A stretch of 24,000 bases of DNA, taken from NCBI GenBank assembly GCA_009937635.1, contig JAACFF010000016.1, positions 7,932 through 31,931 on the forward strand. The letters run 5' to 3'. The notes beneath the pieces are model-generated. The model ran no database searches and had not been told where the DNA came from. It saw only the letters and a program-made list of their open reading frames with translations. The translations under genes and the position numbers were made by a program. Source of the DNA: Chloroflexota bacterium. GTDB taxonomy: Bacteria; Chloroflexota; Anaerolineae; Promineifilales; Promineifilaceae. Below, one piece after another: positions 15,541-23,489 of the stretch (position 1 is its first letter; the number at the start of each line of letters is the position of its first letter).

Positions 15541-15910
15541 TTGTTGTCTCCTTTTCACAAGCTTGTGTCCCCCCTGGCAAACGGTGCCGGTTAGTAGCCA
15601 CCCATTGATAGACTGCGCGTTCAAACTGCTTGATGCCGGGTACATGATAAAGCGTAGCAAATGGCCGTGCCCACCAAATATAGCGCAGTGCGCTATTTAC
15701 TGCTGCTGCGCCACCGGAAAGCCCACTATCATCAACAAACCATGCTTGGGTTATTCCATCACGCTCTGTAAGGCCAAGTTTTGCCATTTGCTCAGGGATA
15801 GATTGCCATGGAGCAACAGAAATACGGAAATGTGACCACGTCTGCACGAGACGAGCCGTTTTCACTCAAAAACCACAATCGCCATCAATTATGAGTAGAG
15901 GCTTTCTCAT
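15527..15910 (-). CDS. DCC-family (DUF393) thiol-disulfide oxidoreductase with in-frame TGA at the second Cys of CxxC (candidate selenoprotein, or a nonsense pseudogene)
   Basis: ATG 15908-15910 has an AGGAG SD 8 nt upstream. It translates MRKPLLIIDGDCGF-TGA(15866-15868)-VKTARLVQTW... in the same frame as track ORF 15527..15865. The downstream part has DCC-family features (FVDDSG..GGAAAVNSALRYI, YQWVATNRHRLPG). The family motif DGxCxxC is here DGDCGF[TGA]. Confidence 0.55.
15832..15865 (-). promoter_or_regulatory. SECIS-like hairpin immediately 3' of the in-frame UGA
   Basis: mRNA after the UGA reads GUGA AAACGGCU CGUCU CGUGC AGACG UGG UCAC. The upper stem is CGUCU/AGACG (15849-15853 with 15839-15843) and the apical loop CGUGC contains GU about 19-20 nt after the UGA. 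The lower stem is GUGA/UCAC, or alternatively GGCU/GGUC with a bulged U. The geometry resembles the E. coli fdhF SECIS as I recall it. Confidence 0.4.
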
Positions 15911-15982
15911 GTTTATTACTCCTGTGTTATGGTTCTATACCTATAATACTAGAAACAATAGTAAAATAGCCACCAGGCCCCG

Positions 15983-16597
15983 CTACGCAAACGGCTGGCG
16001 GATAACCGTCTTCAAATTCTCCGGCGCGGCGCGGCGGGGATCGCTGAGATAAATCTCGTGGTGTTTGCCACGCGGCCGGCAGCCGATTTCGTTGATGTAC
16101 TGGTGAATCCTGGCGATAGTGGGCGCTTCGTCGGCGTAGGGGCCGATGTGCATAATCTGCGCTGACGCCCCTTCATGCAAGCGCTCCAGGCGTACTTTGT
16201 CCAATGCTGGCGGGTTTTTCTTTTTAGCCGTCTGCGCCAGCGCTCTCTCTACCATTTCTTGACTGACTGGTTCCGGCTGCAGGATCATCATCGTCCACAA
16301 CCAATCGGCCTTCTTCTCCACGCTGAATTGGCTCATATCCTCCACCCACCACAAGCCTTGCAGAGGCATGACCACGTAATCGAGCCCCACTGTCCCCTTT
16401 TTCATCATAAACTTCAGAGCATAAGCCACCGCGTATAAGGTCTCCACCGCATCCTTATATTCCTGAGCTATGTTAGGATCGCCACGGCCGTCTATCATCA
16501 AGTAGTTCAGCGGCGGCACATCAACACGCACCACCAGCTTCGCCCCTGGCCGGTACAATGCTTTCCATTCTTTCTTTAAATCGATCTTTTTCATCAC
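15983..16597 (-). CDS. GyrI-like small-molecule-binding domain protein
   Basis: About 203 aa. DLKKEWKALYRPG...PPLNYLMIDGRGDPN...YALKFMMKK...PLQGLWW...IMHIGPYADE...GKHHEIYLSDPRRAAPENLKTVIRQP matches the stand-alone GyrI-like family. The track start is GTG 16597 and the ATG at 16594 is equally plausible. Confidence 0.85.
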   Translation of the reverse strand: MMKKIDLKKEWKALYRPGAKLVVRVDVPPLNYLMIDGRGDPNIAQEYKDAVETLYAVAYALKFMMKKGTVGLDYVVMPLQGLWWVEDMSQFSVEKKADWLWTMMILQPEPVSQEMVERALAQTAKKKNPPALDKVRLERLHEGASAQIMHIGPYADEAPTIARIHQYINEIGCRPRGKHHEIYLSDPRRAAPENLKTVIRQPFA

Positions 16598-16619
16598 GTT
16601 TTCTCTCTATCTAGCAATC

Positions 16620-16661
16620 AGGAATCAGGTGTCAGGGGCCACCCCCTGACACCTGACTCCT
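16620..16661. repeat. Long GC-rich inverted repeat (hairpin) in a divergent intergenic region
   Basis: Perfect 14-bp arms tcaggtgtcagggg (16625-16638) and cccctgacacctga (16643-16656) flank a 4-nt loop ccac. The stem extends to 16620-16661 with one mismatch. The flanking direct repeats are aatcagg x2 and tgacacc x2. Confidence 0.6.
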
Positions 16662-16945
16662 GACACCTCAACCCTCGGTACCAAATATTCTAGTACTAGA
16701 AATAACTAACTATCACCATTTTGTCAAGATAGAGACCTCTGTATTTTGTATAGGGGTGATAATTGTTTCCTCAAAAACGAATCAATTATCGATGCTGGCC
16801 ATATCTCACGAAACCCACAGTTCTTTTGCGGTTAAAAATTGTTGATCTGGCGGGCCATGCCGTTTATGATGTAGGAAAGTGACATGATGGTGGCTGATGC
16901 GTAGATGCGGGTGAGGCTATTGGGGGAAAGGTACAGAGCTGAATA

Positions 16946-17959
16946 ATGGACGAAAGAAGGAAACCAAGGAAACTGTGGTGGCTAAAGCGGCTGTTGAAGG
17001 GATTAGCGATCTTGATACTTGTGCTGCTCGTAGCCGGCTTTGTGTACCAGACGGGGACCAATTTCCTTGCTGCCCGCGCGAACCCCCCGTCGGGACAATT
17101 GGTAGATGTCGGCGGGCGCCGGATTCATATTGTCTGTACGGGTGAGGGAAGCCCTACTGTGATCCTGGAAACAGGGCTGGGAGATAATTCGACAATTTGG
17201 GCGCTTGTGCAGCCCGCGCTAGCCCAAACGACCCAAGTCTGTGCCTATGATCGTGCTGGTCTTGGTTGGAGCGACGATGGGCCACGGGACAGCGCGACGA
17301 TTGTGCAGGAGTTAAAAGCTTTGTTGACCAACGCCGCCATTGCGCCACCGTATGTGCTTGCCGGCCACTCTATTGCCGGGCTACACAGCCGGCTCTACGC
17401 CCATACCTACCCTGAAGAAGTCGCTGGCATGGTCCTTATTGATGCCTCCCATGAAGAGCAGCTGGAGCGTTTGCCTGTTGAGTTGATGGCAATGGCGAAA
17501 CAGGAGAAGATGATCCTCACCGTATGCCGTATCATTGCTCCGCTGGGTATTGTGCGCTTAATGGGCGTTTTCGATCACAGTGCGCTTCCTCGCGACGTTC
17601 AGCCCGCGGCTGATATGTTGAGCTATCAAAACCGGTTATGCCGCTCAATTGTTCAAGAAAGCGATGCTGTCGAGGCTAGTGCGGCGCAGTTGGCTGGCGC
17701 GGAATCGCTGGATGATATGCCTTTGGTGGTATTGACGGCAGGTCAACTACCTAGCCTTAATGATTTACCGCCCGGCGCGACCCCAGAATTGGTGCAGGAG
17801 ATGCACGCCGTCTGGCAAGAGTTGCAAGCAGAGCATGCCGCGCGATCTGGCAACAGCAGCCACATCATCGCCGAGAAGAGCGGGCATTATATCCACATTG
17901 ACCAGCCACAGTTGGTTATCGAAGCAGTCAATCAGGTTGTGAACGAGGTACGGAAGTAG
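16946..17959 (+). CDS. Membrane-anchored alpha/beta-fold hydrolase (paralogue of 3125..3994)
   Basis: 337 aa with an N-terminal TM (LAILILVLLVAGFVY). TVILETGLGDNSTIW...VCAYDRAGLGWSD...LAGHSIAGLHSRLYAHTYPEEVAGMVLIDAS is collinear with the other hydrolase (TIVIDTGLGENTEGW...VCAYDRAGYGQSE...LVGHSLGA...). The C-terminal His region is SGHYIHID. Confidence 0.85.
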   Translation: MDERRKPRKLWWLKRLLKGLAILILVLLVAGFVYQTGTNFLAARANPPSGQLVDVGGRRIHIVCTGEGSPTVILETGLGDNSTIWALVQPALAQTTQVCAYDRAGLGWSDDGPRDSATIVQELKALLTNAAIAPPYVLAGHSIAGLHSRLYAHTYPEEVAGMVLIDASHEEQLERLPVELMAMAKQEKMILTVCRIIAPLGIVRLMGVFDHSALPRDVQPAADMLSYQNRLCRSIVQESDAVEASAAQLAGAESLDDMPLVVLTAGQLPSLNDLPPGATPELVQEMHAVWQELQAEHAARSGNSSHIIAEKSGHYIHIDQPQLVIEAVNQVVNEVRK

Positions 17960-18218
17960 AGACGTCCTGAATCATAGTTGCTGTCTTTATGAAATGGCTG
18001 GAGCGATCACCCGGCAGTTACGATCAAGGCATTCAGCTTTTAACCCTAAACAGGCTGCAGCCGCTGAAGGAGCGTATCGTCGTGTAGTGTCCTTCTGCAT
18101 GATATTGATCGCTGCATCCCTTGCGGCGCTTGTGTGCTACAATGCCCCGAAGGGGCGATCACATTGCGGTAAACGGCTGGCAACTGACAGCTGATGCCTG
18201 TCACCTAATGAGGTTATT

Positions 18219-19310
18219 ATGACGGAAGATATCTTGAAGGAAATAGCAGTTGCAGGGCTTATCCTCGCAGTCGCGATCATCTTGAGCCTGTTTGTGGGTC
18301 GCTTGTTAACCAGAATCGTAACCCGCTACTCTCGTCGCACCGGCTCGACCCTGGATGATGTCATTGTAAAGGCGGCCATGTTTCCGCTGAGAGCCGGTAT
18401 CCTGGTATTTGCGATGGAATTTGCGCTAAAGCAGCTTTCGTTTGTGCCCGTTGAATGGGCAGAGACATTGTCCCGCATTTTCTTCGTGGCTTATGCTCTG
18501 CTCTTGTTTCTCTTTTTGTACCGCCTGTTGGGGGGGGTGGTGATATGGTACGGCCGTGAAGTAGCCCACCGTACGGAAACGGAGCTGGACGACAAGTTCC
18601 TGGATCTATTTCGCCGTATGGCGCTGTTGGCCCTAACGATCGTGGTCATCATCATGATCCTGGATCGCTTCAACATTGAGGTGAGCGCCCTGATTGCCAG
18701 TTTGGGTATCGCTTCACTGGCCGTGGCTCTGGCGGCCAAGGATACCTTGGGCAATATGTTTGCCGGGCTTTCTATCATGGTCGACCAACCCTTTGCCGTG
18801 GGCGACCGCGTGGAAATATTGGACATCAACACCTGGGGTGATGTGCAAGAGATCGGTCTGCGTAGCACCCGCATCCTCACCCGTGACAACCGCACCGTTA
18901 CTGTTCCCAACTCCATCATTGGCCAGGGGTTGGTAGTCAACTATTCCATTCCGGAAAACAGGTACCGCGTACAGACCCATGTGGGCGTGGCCTATGGTGT
19001 CGATGTGGAAGAGGCTCGGCAGGTGATGATTGAAGCCATACGCCGGCAAGATTGGGTGATGAAGGATGAGCGGATTGAAGCGCTATTCTTGGAATTTGGC
19101 GACTCAGCCCTCATTTTTCGTATCCGTTGTTGGATTAACCATTACCTGGAAACCCGTCGTGTCCTCGATAATATGAACACTGCCCTCTACAATGCTCTCA
19201 ACGATGCAGGCATCGGTATTCCCTTCCCTCAGCGAGGTTTACATATGGTTTCCAACGTGCAAGTGGAGCGCGTTAATGGCCTTGACAGAGGGGCAGGAAG
19301 TAATCAATAA
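18219..19310 (+). CDS. MscS-family mechanosensitive ion channel
   Basis: 363 aa with N-terminal TM helices. The pore helix and beta-domain signature is SLGIASLAVALAAKDTLGNMFAGLSIMVDQPFAVGDRVEI...GDVQEIGLRSTRILTRDNRTVTVPNS. Confidence 0.9.
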   Translation: MTEDILKEIAVAGLILAVAIILSLFVGRLLTRIVTRYSRRTGSTLDDVIVKAAMFPLRAGILVFAMEFALKQLSFVPVEWAETLSRIFFVAYALLLFLFLYRLLGGVVIWYGREVAHRTETELDDKFLDLFRRMALLALTIVVIIMILDRFNIEVSALIASLGIASLAVALAAKDTLGNMFAGLSIMVDQPFAVGDRVEILDINTWGDVQEIGLRSTRILTRDNRTVTVPNSIIGQGLVVNYSIPENRYRVQTHVGVAYGVDVEEARQVMIEAIRRQDWVMKDERIEALFLEFGDSALIFRIRCWINHYLETRRVLDNMNTALYNALNDAGIGIPFPQRGLHMVSNVQVERVNGLDRGAGSNQ

Positions 19311-19326
19311 TTCAACGCATTTACCC

Positions 19327-19953
19327 TCAAGTGACCAACAAAATGATAATTCGCAGCCCTAAGGCGATCACGATCAAGTTACCGGCAACACTTGTCATGC
19401 GCTGAAAGCGAGGTGAAAGGTGTTGGTTGGCCAGTGCGCCCAGGCCGGCCAACAAGGTTTGCCAGGATAGGGAGGCCAACGCAGCGCCAAGGACAAACAC
19501 AAGCCTGTCCGCAGCCGTGATCGTCGCTTCTGCGTCCCGCCCCAAGATTAGCGCCCCAAAATAGGCTATCGTCAGCGGGTTCAATAAGGTCAAACCCAAG
19601 AATCGCAAATAGATTCGCGGCAGGCCGTGATTGTTTTCAACTGTTGGTTTAGCATCTTGCCCGCCGTCAATTTGTCTGGCCTGCCGCAAACCAAATGCAC
19701 CTAATGCCAGAAGCACAATCGCGCTGGCTATCTGTAACCACAGCGCGTAGGGAGCCAGGGCCATGGCCAGCGTTGCCCCGGCGATGACTGCCAGCAGGGC
19801 ATAGATGAAATCGGCCGTTGCCGCGCCTGCACCAGCCATGAATCCCGAGAGGAAGCCGCGCCTGAGACCCATATCGACGATAAGGATGGCGATGGCTCCC
19901 ACGGGAATGGCGATTCCATAGCCTGCTAATACGCCTTCCCAAAATGCTGTCAT
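19327..19953 (-). CDS. LysE/ArgO-family amino-acid (metabolite) exporter
   Basis: 208 aa, about six TM segments, with the N-terminal LysE pattern FWEGVLAGYGIAIPVGAIAILIVDMGLRRGF..G...G.GAATAD. Convergent with the MscS gene. Confidence 0.85.
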   Translation of the reverse strand: MTAFWEGVLAGYGIAIPVGAIAILIVDMGLRRGFLSGFMAGAGAATADFIYALLAVIAGATLAMALAPYALWLQIASAIVLLALGAFGLRQARQIDGGQDAKPTVENNHGLPRIYLRFLGLTLLNPLTIAYFGALILGRDAEATITAADRLVFVLGAALASLSWQTLLAGLGALANQHLSPRFQRMTSVAGNLIVIALGLRIIILLVT

Positions 19954-20133
19954 ATCGAATGTGGGTCTTAATCGCTTCCGTTTTCTATCGTTTCCAGGAT
20001 GTTCACCGGTTTCGTTTTCTTTTCGGGCATAATTCCTGGTTCAAGAAAAGTCTGCTGCCCGTATAGAAGTGACTCAACCGCGAATGTCCATGGTTCCCTC
20101 TTGCTTGATTTGGATAGGAGAAGGGCTGGTGCG

Positions 20134-20967
20134 CTACTCGCTGGCCATGAGGTTCTTCTCAAGGAAAGCCAGGGTTTGCTGCCATGCCTCTCTCGCAGGG
20201 CCCGGCTGATTGTAGTTCTCTTCATTCAAGAAGGCATGGCCTACGCCAGGGTAGATAGTGATCTCATTCTCGATGTCCAGAGAATTAAGAGCTGCTTCAA
20301 ATTCCAGCACTTCAGCGGGAAAGATGGTGTTGTCTTCTTCGGCAAAGATGCCGAGAACCGGCTGCGCTTCGGTCAACGGCCGCAGCAAATCAGGTTCGGT
20401 GACCACAGCGCCATAGTACATGATTGTCAGCGCCAGATTCTCAGATTGGCGCAGGCCTAGCTGCAAGGAATGGCCCCCGCCAAAGCAGAAGCCCATGGAA
20501 GCGACACGCTGCGTGTCAACAGAATCGAGGCTGCGCAGGTAGGCCAGGCCGCTGTCGACATCTGTCTCCACTTGCTCTTGCGGCGTTGTGATGCGCAGCC
20601 AGAGCGCACGAGGAAAGGCGGCCGTTACATTGCCACGGTAGGCGTCGGGCGCGAAGACGACGTATCCCTCCTTGGCCAGGGCATCGGCTAATAGGGTGAT
20701 GCCCTCGTTTAATCCCCACCATTCGTGGATCAACAAGACCGCCGGGTGGGGCCCGGGTCCCTGCGGTGTGGCCAGATAGCCATATAGCTTTTGACCATCG
20801 ATATTTTCGTATTCTATGTTGGCAACGTCGGCCGTGTCGCTGCCAAATAGGCTGTCAAAGATGATCGCGCCGGCAAAAAGGGCGATAAGGAGCAGAAAGA
20901 GGGCAAGAAGCGCAAGTACGATGCGCTTCAGCCAGGTCATGAATCTTGACGAATTGCCTTCGGCCAT
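20134..20967 (-). CDS. Dienelactone hydrolase-family protein, membrane-anchored, intact
   Basis: I start it at ATG 20967 (GGAGGA SD 8 nt upstream). The track's 363-aa ORF extends 5' over the decarboxylase gene's 3' end with no hydrolase similarity. It has a TM anchor IVLALLALFLLLIALFAGAII and the DLH motifs LLIHEWWGLNE, nucleophile GFCFGGG, and GVGHAF. Confidence 0.85.
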   Translation of the reverse strand: MAEGNSSRFMTWLKRIVLALLALFLLLIALFAGAIIFDSLFGSDTADVANIEYENIDGQKLYGYLATPQGPGPHPAVLLIHEWWGLNEGITLLADALAKEGYVVFAPDAYRGNVTAAFPRALWLRITTPQEQVETDVDSGLAYLRSLDSVDTQRVASMGFCFGGGHSLQLGLRQSENLALTIMYYGAVVTEPDLLRPLTEAQPVLGIFAEEDNTIFPAEVLEFEAALNSLDIENEITIYPGVGHAFLNEENYNQPGPAREAWQQTLAFLEKNLMASE

Positions 20968-21026
20968 GTGAATATCCTCCAATTGCAGATCGATTCTTTG
21001 TCGTGGTGAGACAAGCTGGACCAATC

Positions 21027-22430
21027 TTAGTACATTGCGTCTTGCAGCGCCTGCCAACAAATTTCGGCATCCTGCATTTCTGTCTGCCAGTTGGAAAAGG
21101 CGGCGCGCATGGCGGGGATGCCTTTGTACTGGGTGGGAGTGAGGTAAACACGGCCGTCGTCGCGCAGCCGCGCCAGGATCTGCTGCACCTGGATCATCGT
21201 TGGTTCGCCGGCCAAAGTGAAACAAGTGACATTAAGATTGACCGGGGCCAGCAAGCGGAATTGTACTGAATCAGCAGCTTGCTGCCCCAGCCATTCAGCC
21301 TGGGCGCAGTTGCGTTCAACGATATCCTGGTAGCCGGTACGGCCGTAAGCCATTAACGTCATCCATGCCGGTAAGGCGCGAAAACGGCGTGAGTTTTGTG
21401 GCGTCCAATGGACGAGGCCGGGTGTTTCGTCCGCACTGGTGGGGCCAAGATAAACGGCCGCATTACGGAAGACGGCGAGCTGTAGATCGGGGTGGCGCGA
21501 GAACTGCATCGCCGAATCGTAAGGCACGTTAAGCCATTTGTGGGCGTCAATGGTGATGGAATCGGCCGTTTCCATGCCTGCAACCAATTGCGTGTAGCGA
21601 GGCGAGCAGGCAGCGAAACCGCCAAAAGCGCCATCCACGTGTAACCAGAAGTTAAAATTGTTTTTCAGACGGGAGATCGCCTGCAGATCGTCAAAATCAA
21701 CCGTGTTCACCGTGCCCGCATTGCCCACGACCACACATGGCTGGCCCTCAAGAGCCTGCAATTGTTGCGCCAGTGCGGTCACATCTACCGCCTCCCGGCC
21801 GGGCAATGTGGGGATTGGCATCACCTGCCTGCCCATGCCCAGCATGGCCAGGGCTTTATAAATGCTGGAATGGGGCGTCGCCGAAAGAACGGGCAGTGGT
21901 TCCAGGCTATATATCCCCTCTTCTGCGGCATCGATGCCATGTTGCAAAGCTGCCCATTGTCGCGCCTGGGCCAGCCCCACGAGGTTGCTAACAGTGGCTC
22001 CGCTGACAAAGGTGCCCCAAAACGTTGAGGGCAGGCCAAACATCTGGCGTAGGAGATGGATGGTCTCTTGCTCTACCTGGGGTGCGATGGAATCTTCATT
22101 GGCGGCGACATTCTGATCGTAGACGGCCGCCAGCCAGTCGCCCAACAGCGCGGCAGGGGTGGCGCCTCCGGTCACGAAGCCCAGGTATCGTGGACCGGCG
22201 CTGCCAGAGAGACCTGGACCATATCGGGTTGTGAACTGCGCCAGGGCTTCTATGGTGCCTGCGCCATTTGCGGGTAACTTGAGGTGCCAGGCATTTTCAA
22301 AGTGCCTGGTACCTGGGTTCATCGCAACTGGCTGGGTGGGCAGGTTGTCGAGAAAGGCAATGGCCTCGCGAACGGCCGTTTCTAGTAGCTGCTTTCTATT
22401 TTGTTGATCATTGCGCAGGGTCTGGTCCAT
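21027..22430 (-). CDS. Group II pyridoxal-phosphate-dependent decarboxylase
   Basis: The PLP-lysine motif is [17 protein letters not shown], with upstream [14 protein letters not shown] and [18 protein letters not shown] start it at ATG 22430, 28 nt after the cupin stop. The track start at 22499 would overlap the cupin gene. Confidence 0.85.
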   Translation of the reverse strand: MDQTLRNDQQNRKQLLETAVREAIAFLDNLPTQPVAMNPGTRHFENAWHLKLPANGAGTIEALAQFTTRYGPGLSGSAGPRYLGFVTGGATPAALLGDWLAAVYDQNVAANEDSIAPQVEQETIHLLRQMFGLPSTFWGTFVSGATVSNLVGLAQARQWAALQHGIDAAEEGIYSLEPLPVLSATPHSSIYKALAMLGMGRQVMPIPTLPGREAVDVTALAQQLQALEGQPCVVVGNAGTVNTVDFDDLQAISRLKNNFNFWLHVDGAFGGFAACSPRYTQLVAGMETADSITIDAHKWLNVPYDSAMQFSRHPDLQLAVFRNAAVYLGPTSADETPGLVHWTPQNSRRFRALPAWMTLMAYGRTGYQDIVERNCAQAEWLGQQAADSVQFRLLAPVNLNVTCFTLAGEPTMIQVQQILARLRDDGRVYLTPTQYKGIPAMRAAFSNWQTEMQDAEICWQALQDAMY

Positions 22431-22458
22431 GAAATATAGCTTCCTATTCCTGGTCGCG

Positions 22459-22824
22459 TTAGATCCAGACGTCGTTTTCGGCCGTGAGATTGCCACCACT
22501 GTCCCCAGTGTTTACGACGCCGCGCGGTTCGACGAGCAGAACGTGACATTCTTGCTGCGCATATGGCCTGTGTTCGACGCCTTTGGGCACGACGAACATC
22601 TCGCCCGTGGATAATTCAACCTTGCCGTCACGAAATTCAATCGCCATCGTGCCCTCCAATACCATAAACAGTTCATCGGTGTCCTGGTGATCATGCCAGA
22701 CGAATTCGCCTTGCAGCTTCACCAGTTTGAACTGGATCTCATTCATCTCGGCGATTATCTTAGGTGACCACTGCTCGCTAAACTGCGCCAGCTTCTGCTT
22801 AAGATTGACGGGTGTATAGTTCAT
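22459..22824 (-). CDS. Cupin-domain protein
   Basis: Cupin motifs are [20 protein letters not shown] and [17 protein letters not shown] 22824 overlaps the ridA TGA (ATGA), indicating translational coupling. Confidence 0.8.
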   Translation of the reverse strand: MNYTPVNLKQKLAQFSEQWSPKIIAEMNEIQFKLVKLQGEFVWHDHQDTDELFMVLEGTMAIEFRDGKVELSTGEMFVVPKGVEHRPYAQQECHVLLVEPRGVVNTGDSGGNLTAENDVWI

Positions 22825-23198
22825 TTCATCTCCGCGATACACTCAATTTCGACCAGGGCATCCAACGGGTTTTTCCTGACGGCAATAGTGGTTCTCGCCG
22901 GTCTATGCGCGCCAAACATCTGCGCATAGACTCCGTTCATGCCCTGGAAATCGGCCATATCCTTGAGAAAAACGGCCGTTTTGACCACATTTTGCAGCGA
23001 CAGTCCCAGACCGTTGAGCACGACAGCGAGATTGCTTAAAGCTTGCTCTGTCTGTTCTTCAATCGTTGACCCGACCAGTTCCATGGTCTGGGGATCGAGC
23101 GGCGTCTGACCGGAGCAGAAAACCAGCTTCCCCACTTGAGTGGCATGACAATAGGGGCCAATGGCCAGCGGCGCTCCAGAAACAGTATGAATTTGCAT
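22821..23198 (-). CDS. ridA: RidA/YjgF-family reactive enamine-imine deaminase
   Basis: 125 aa. [28 protein letters not shown]...[12 protein letters not shown]...[35 protein letters not shown]...LVEIECIA is collinear with RidA, including the conserved Arg. Confidence 0.9.
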   Translation of the reverse strand: MQIHTVSGAPLAIGPYCHATQVGKLVFCSGQTPLDPQTMELVGSTIEEQTEQALSNLAVVLNGLGLSLQNVVKTAVFLKDMADFQGMNGVYAQMFGAHRPARTTIAVRKNPLDALVEIECIAEMK

Positions 23199-23489
23199 AT
23201 TCTATCCTCTAAGTTTTTCTTGATAGGGGCGTCGTACAGTGAATCCCACCGCTGTGCATTTGTGTTCCAGTCTTGGGCACAGCCTGCGCAGAAAAATGCT
23301 TTTCTGTCAGGGCAAAAAGACATGGCCATGAAATGCGACGGACGGCCGCATTGGCCACAGAGATAACGCCAATGCTAGGAACAACGCGGTGCGGCCGATC
23401 CCAAGCCAAAAACGGCCTCTCGCGCAGCATAAGCGGCTTCAGCTTCACTGATTTGATCGCAATAAACACAATTCATGCCCGATATGGTA

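Noticed and set aside
15031-15835. Plus-strand ORFs of 187 aa and 175 aa across the DLH/DCC genes
   Set aside because: They are antisense to sequences with clear family similarity and SD-preceded starts on the minus strand. The products are Arg/Gly/Cys-rich and unlike any family I know.
17994-18194. 66-aa plus-strand ORF in the gap before the MscS gene
   Set aside because: It has no SD, an Ala/Arg-rich composition and no recognisable family. It is probably just promoter or 5'-UTR sequence of the MscS gene.
20968-21225. N-terminal 86-aa extension of the 363-aa ORF 20134..21225
   Set aside because: The extension is Arg/Pro-rich, overlaps the 3' end of the decarboxylase gene by ~200 nt and has no hydrolase similarity. 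An internal ATG at 20967 has a GGAGGA SD and starts at the TM anchor.
23036-23329. 97-aa ORF starting with a Cys-rich segment (FCPDRKAFFCAGC), considered as a small zinc-ribbon protein upstream of ridA
   Set aside because: It runs 160 nt into ridA out of frame, has no SD that I can see, and the Cys spacing matches no motif I recognise.
23323-23357. Imperfect hairpin (TGGCCA-ATGCG ... CGCAT-bulge-TGGCCA) in the 290-bp leader upstream of ridA, considered as a riboswitch or attenuator
   Set aside because: The leader matches no riboswitch class consensus I can recall, and the stem is short with a 4-nt bulge. It is worth an Rfam scan but is not supportable as a feature.
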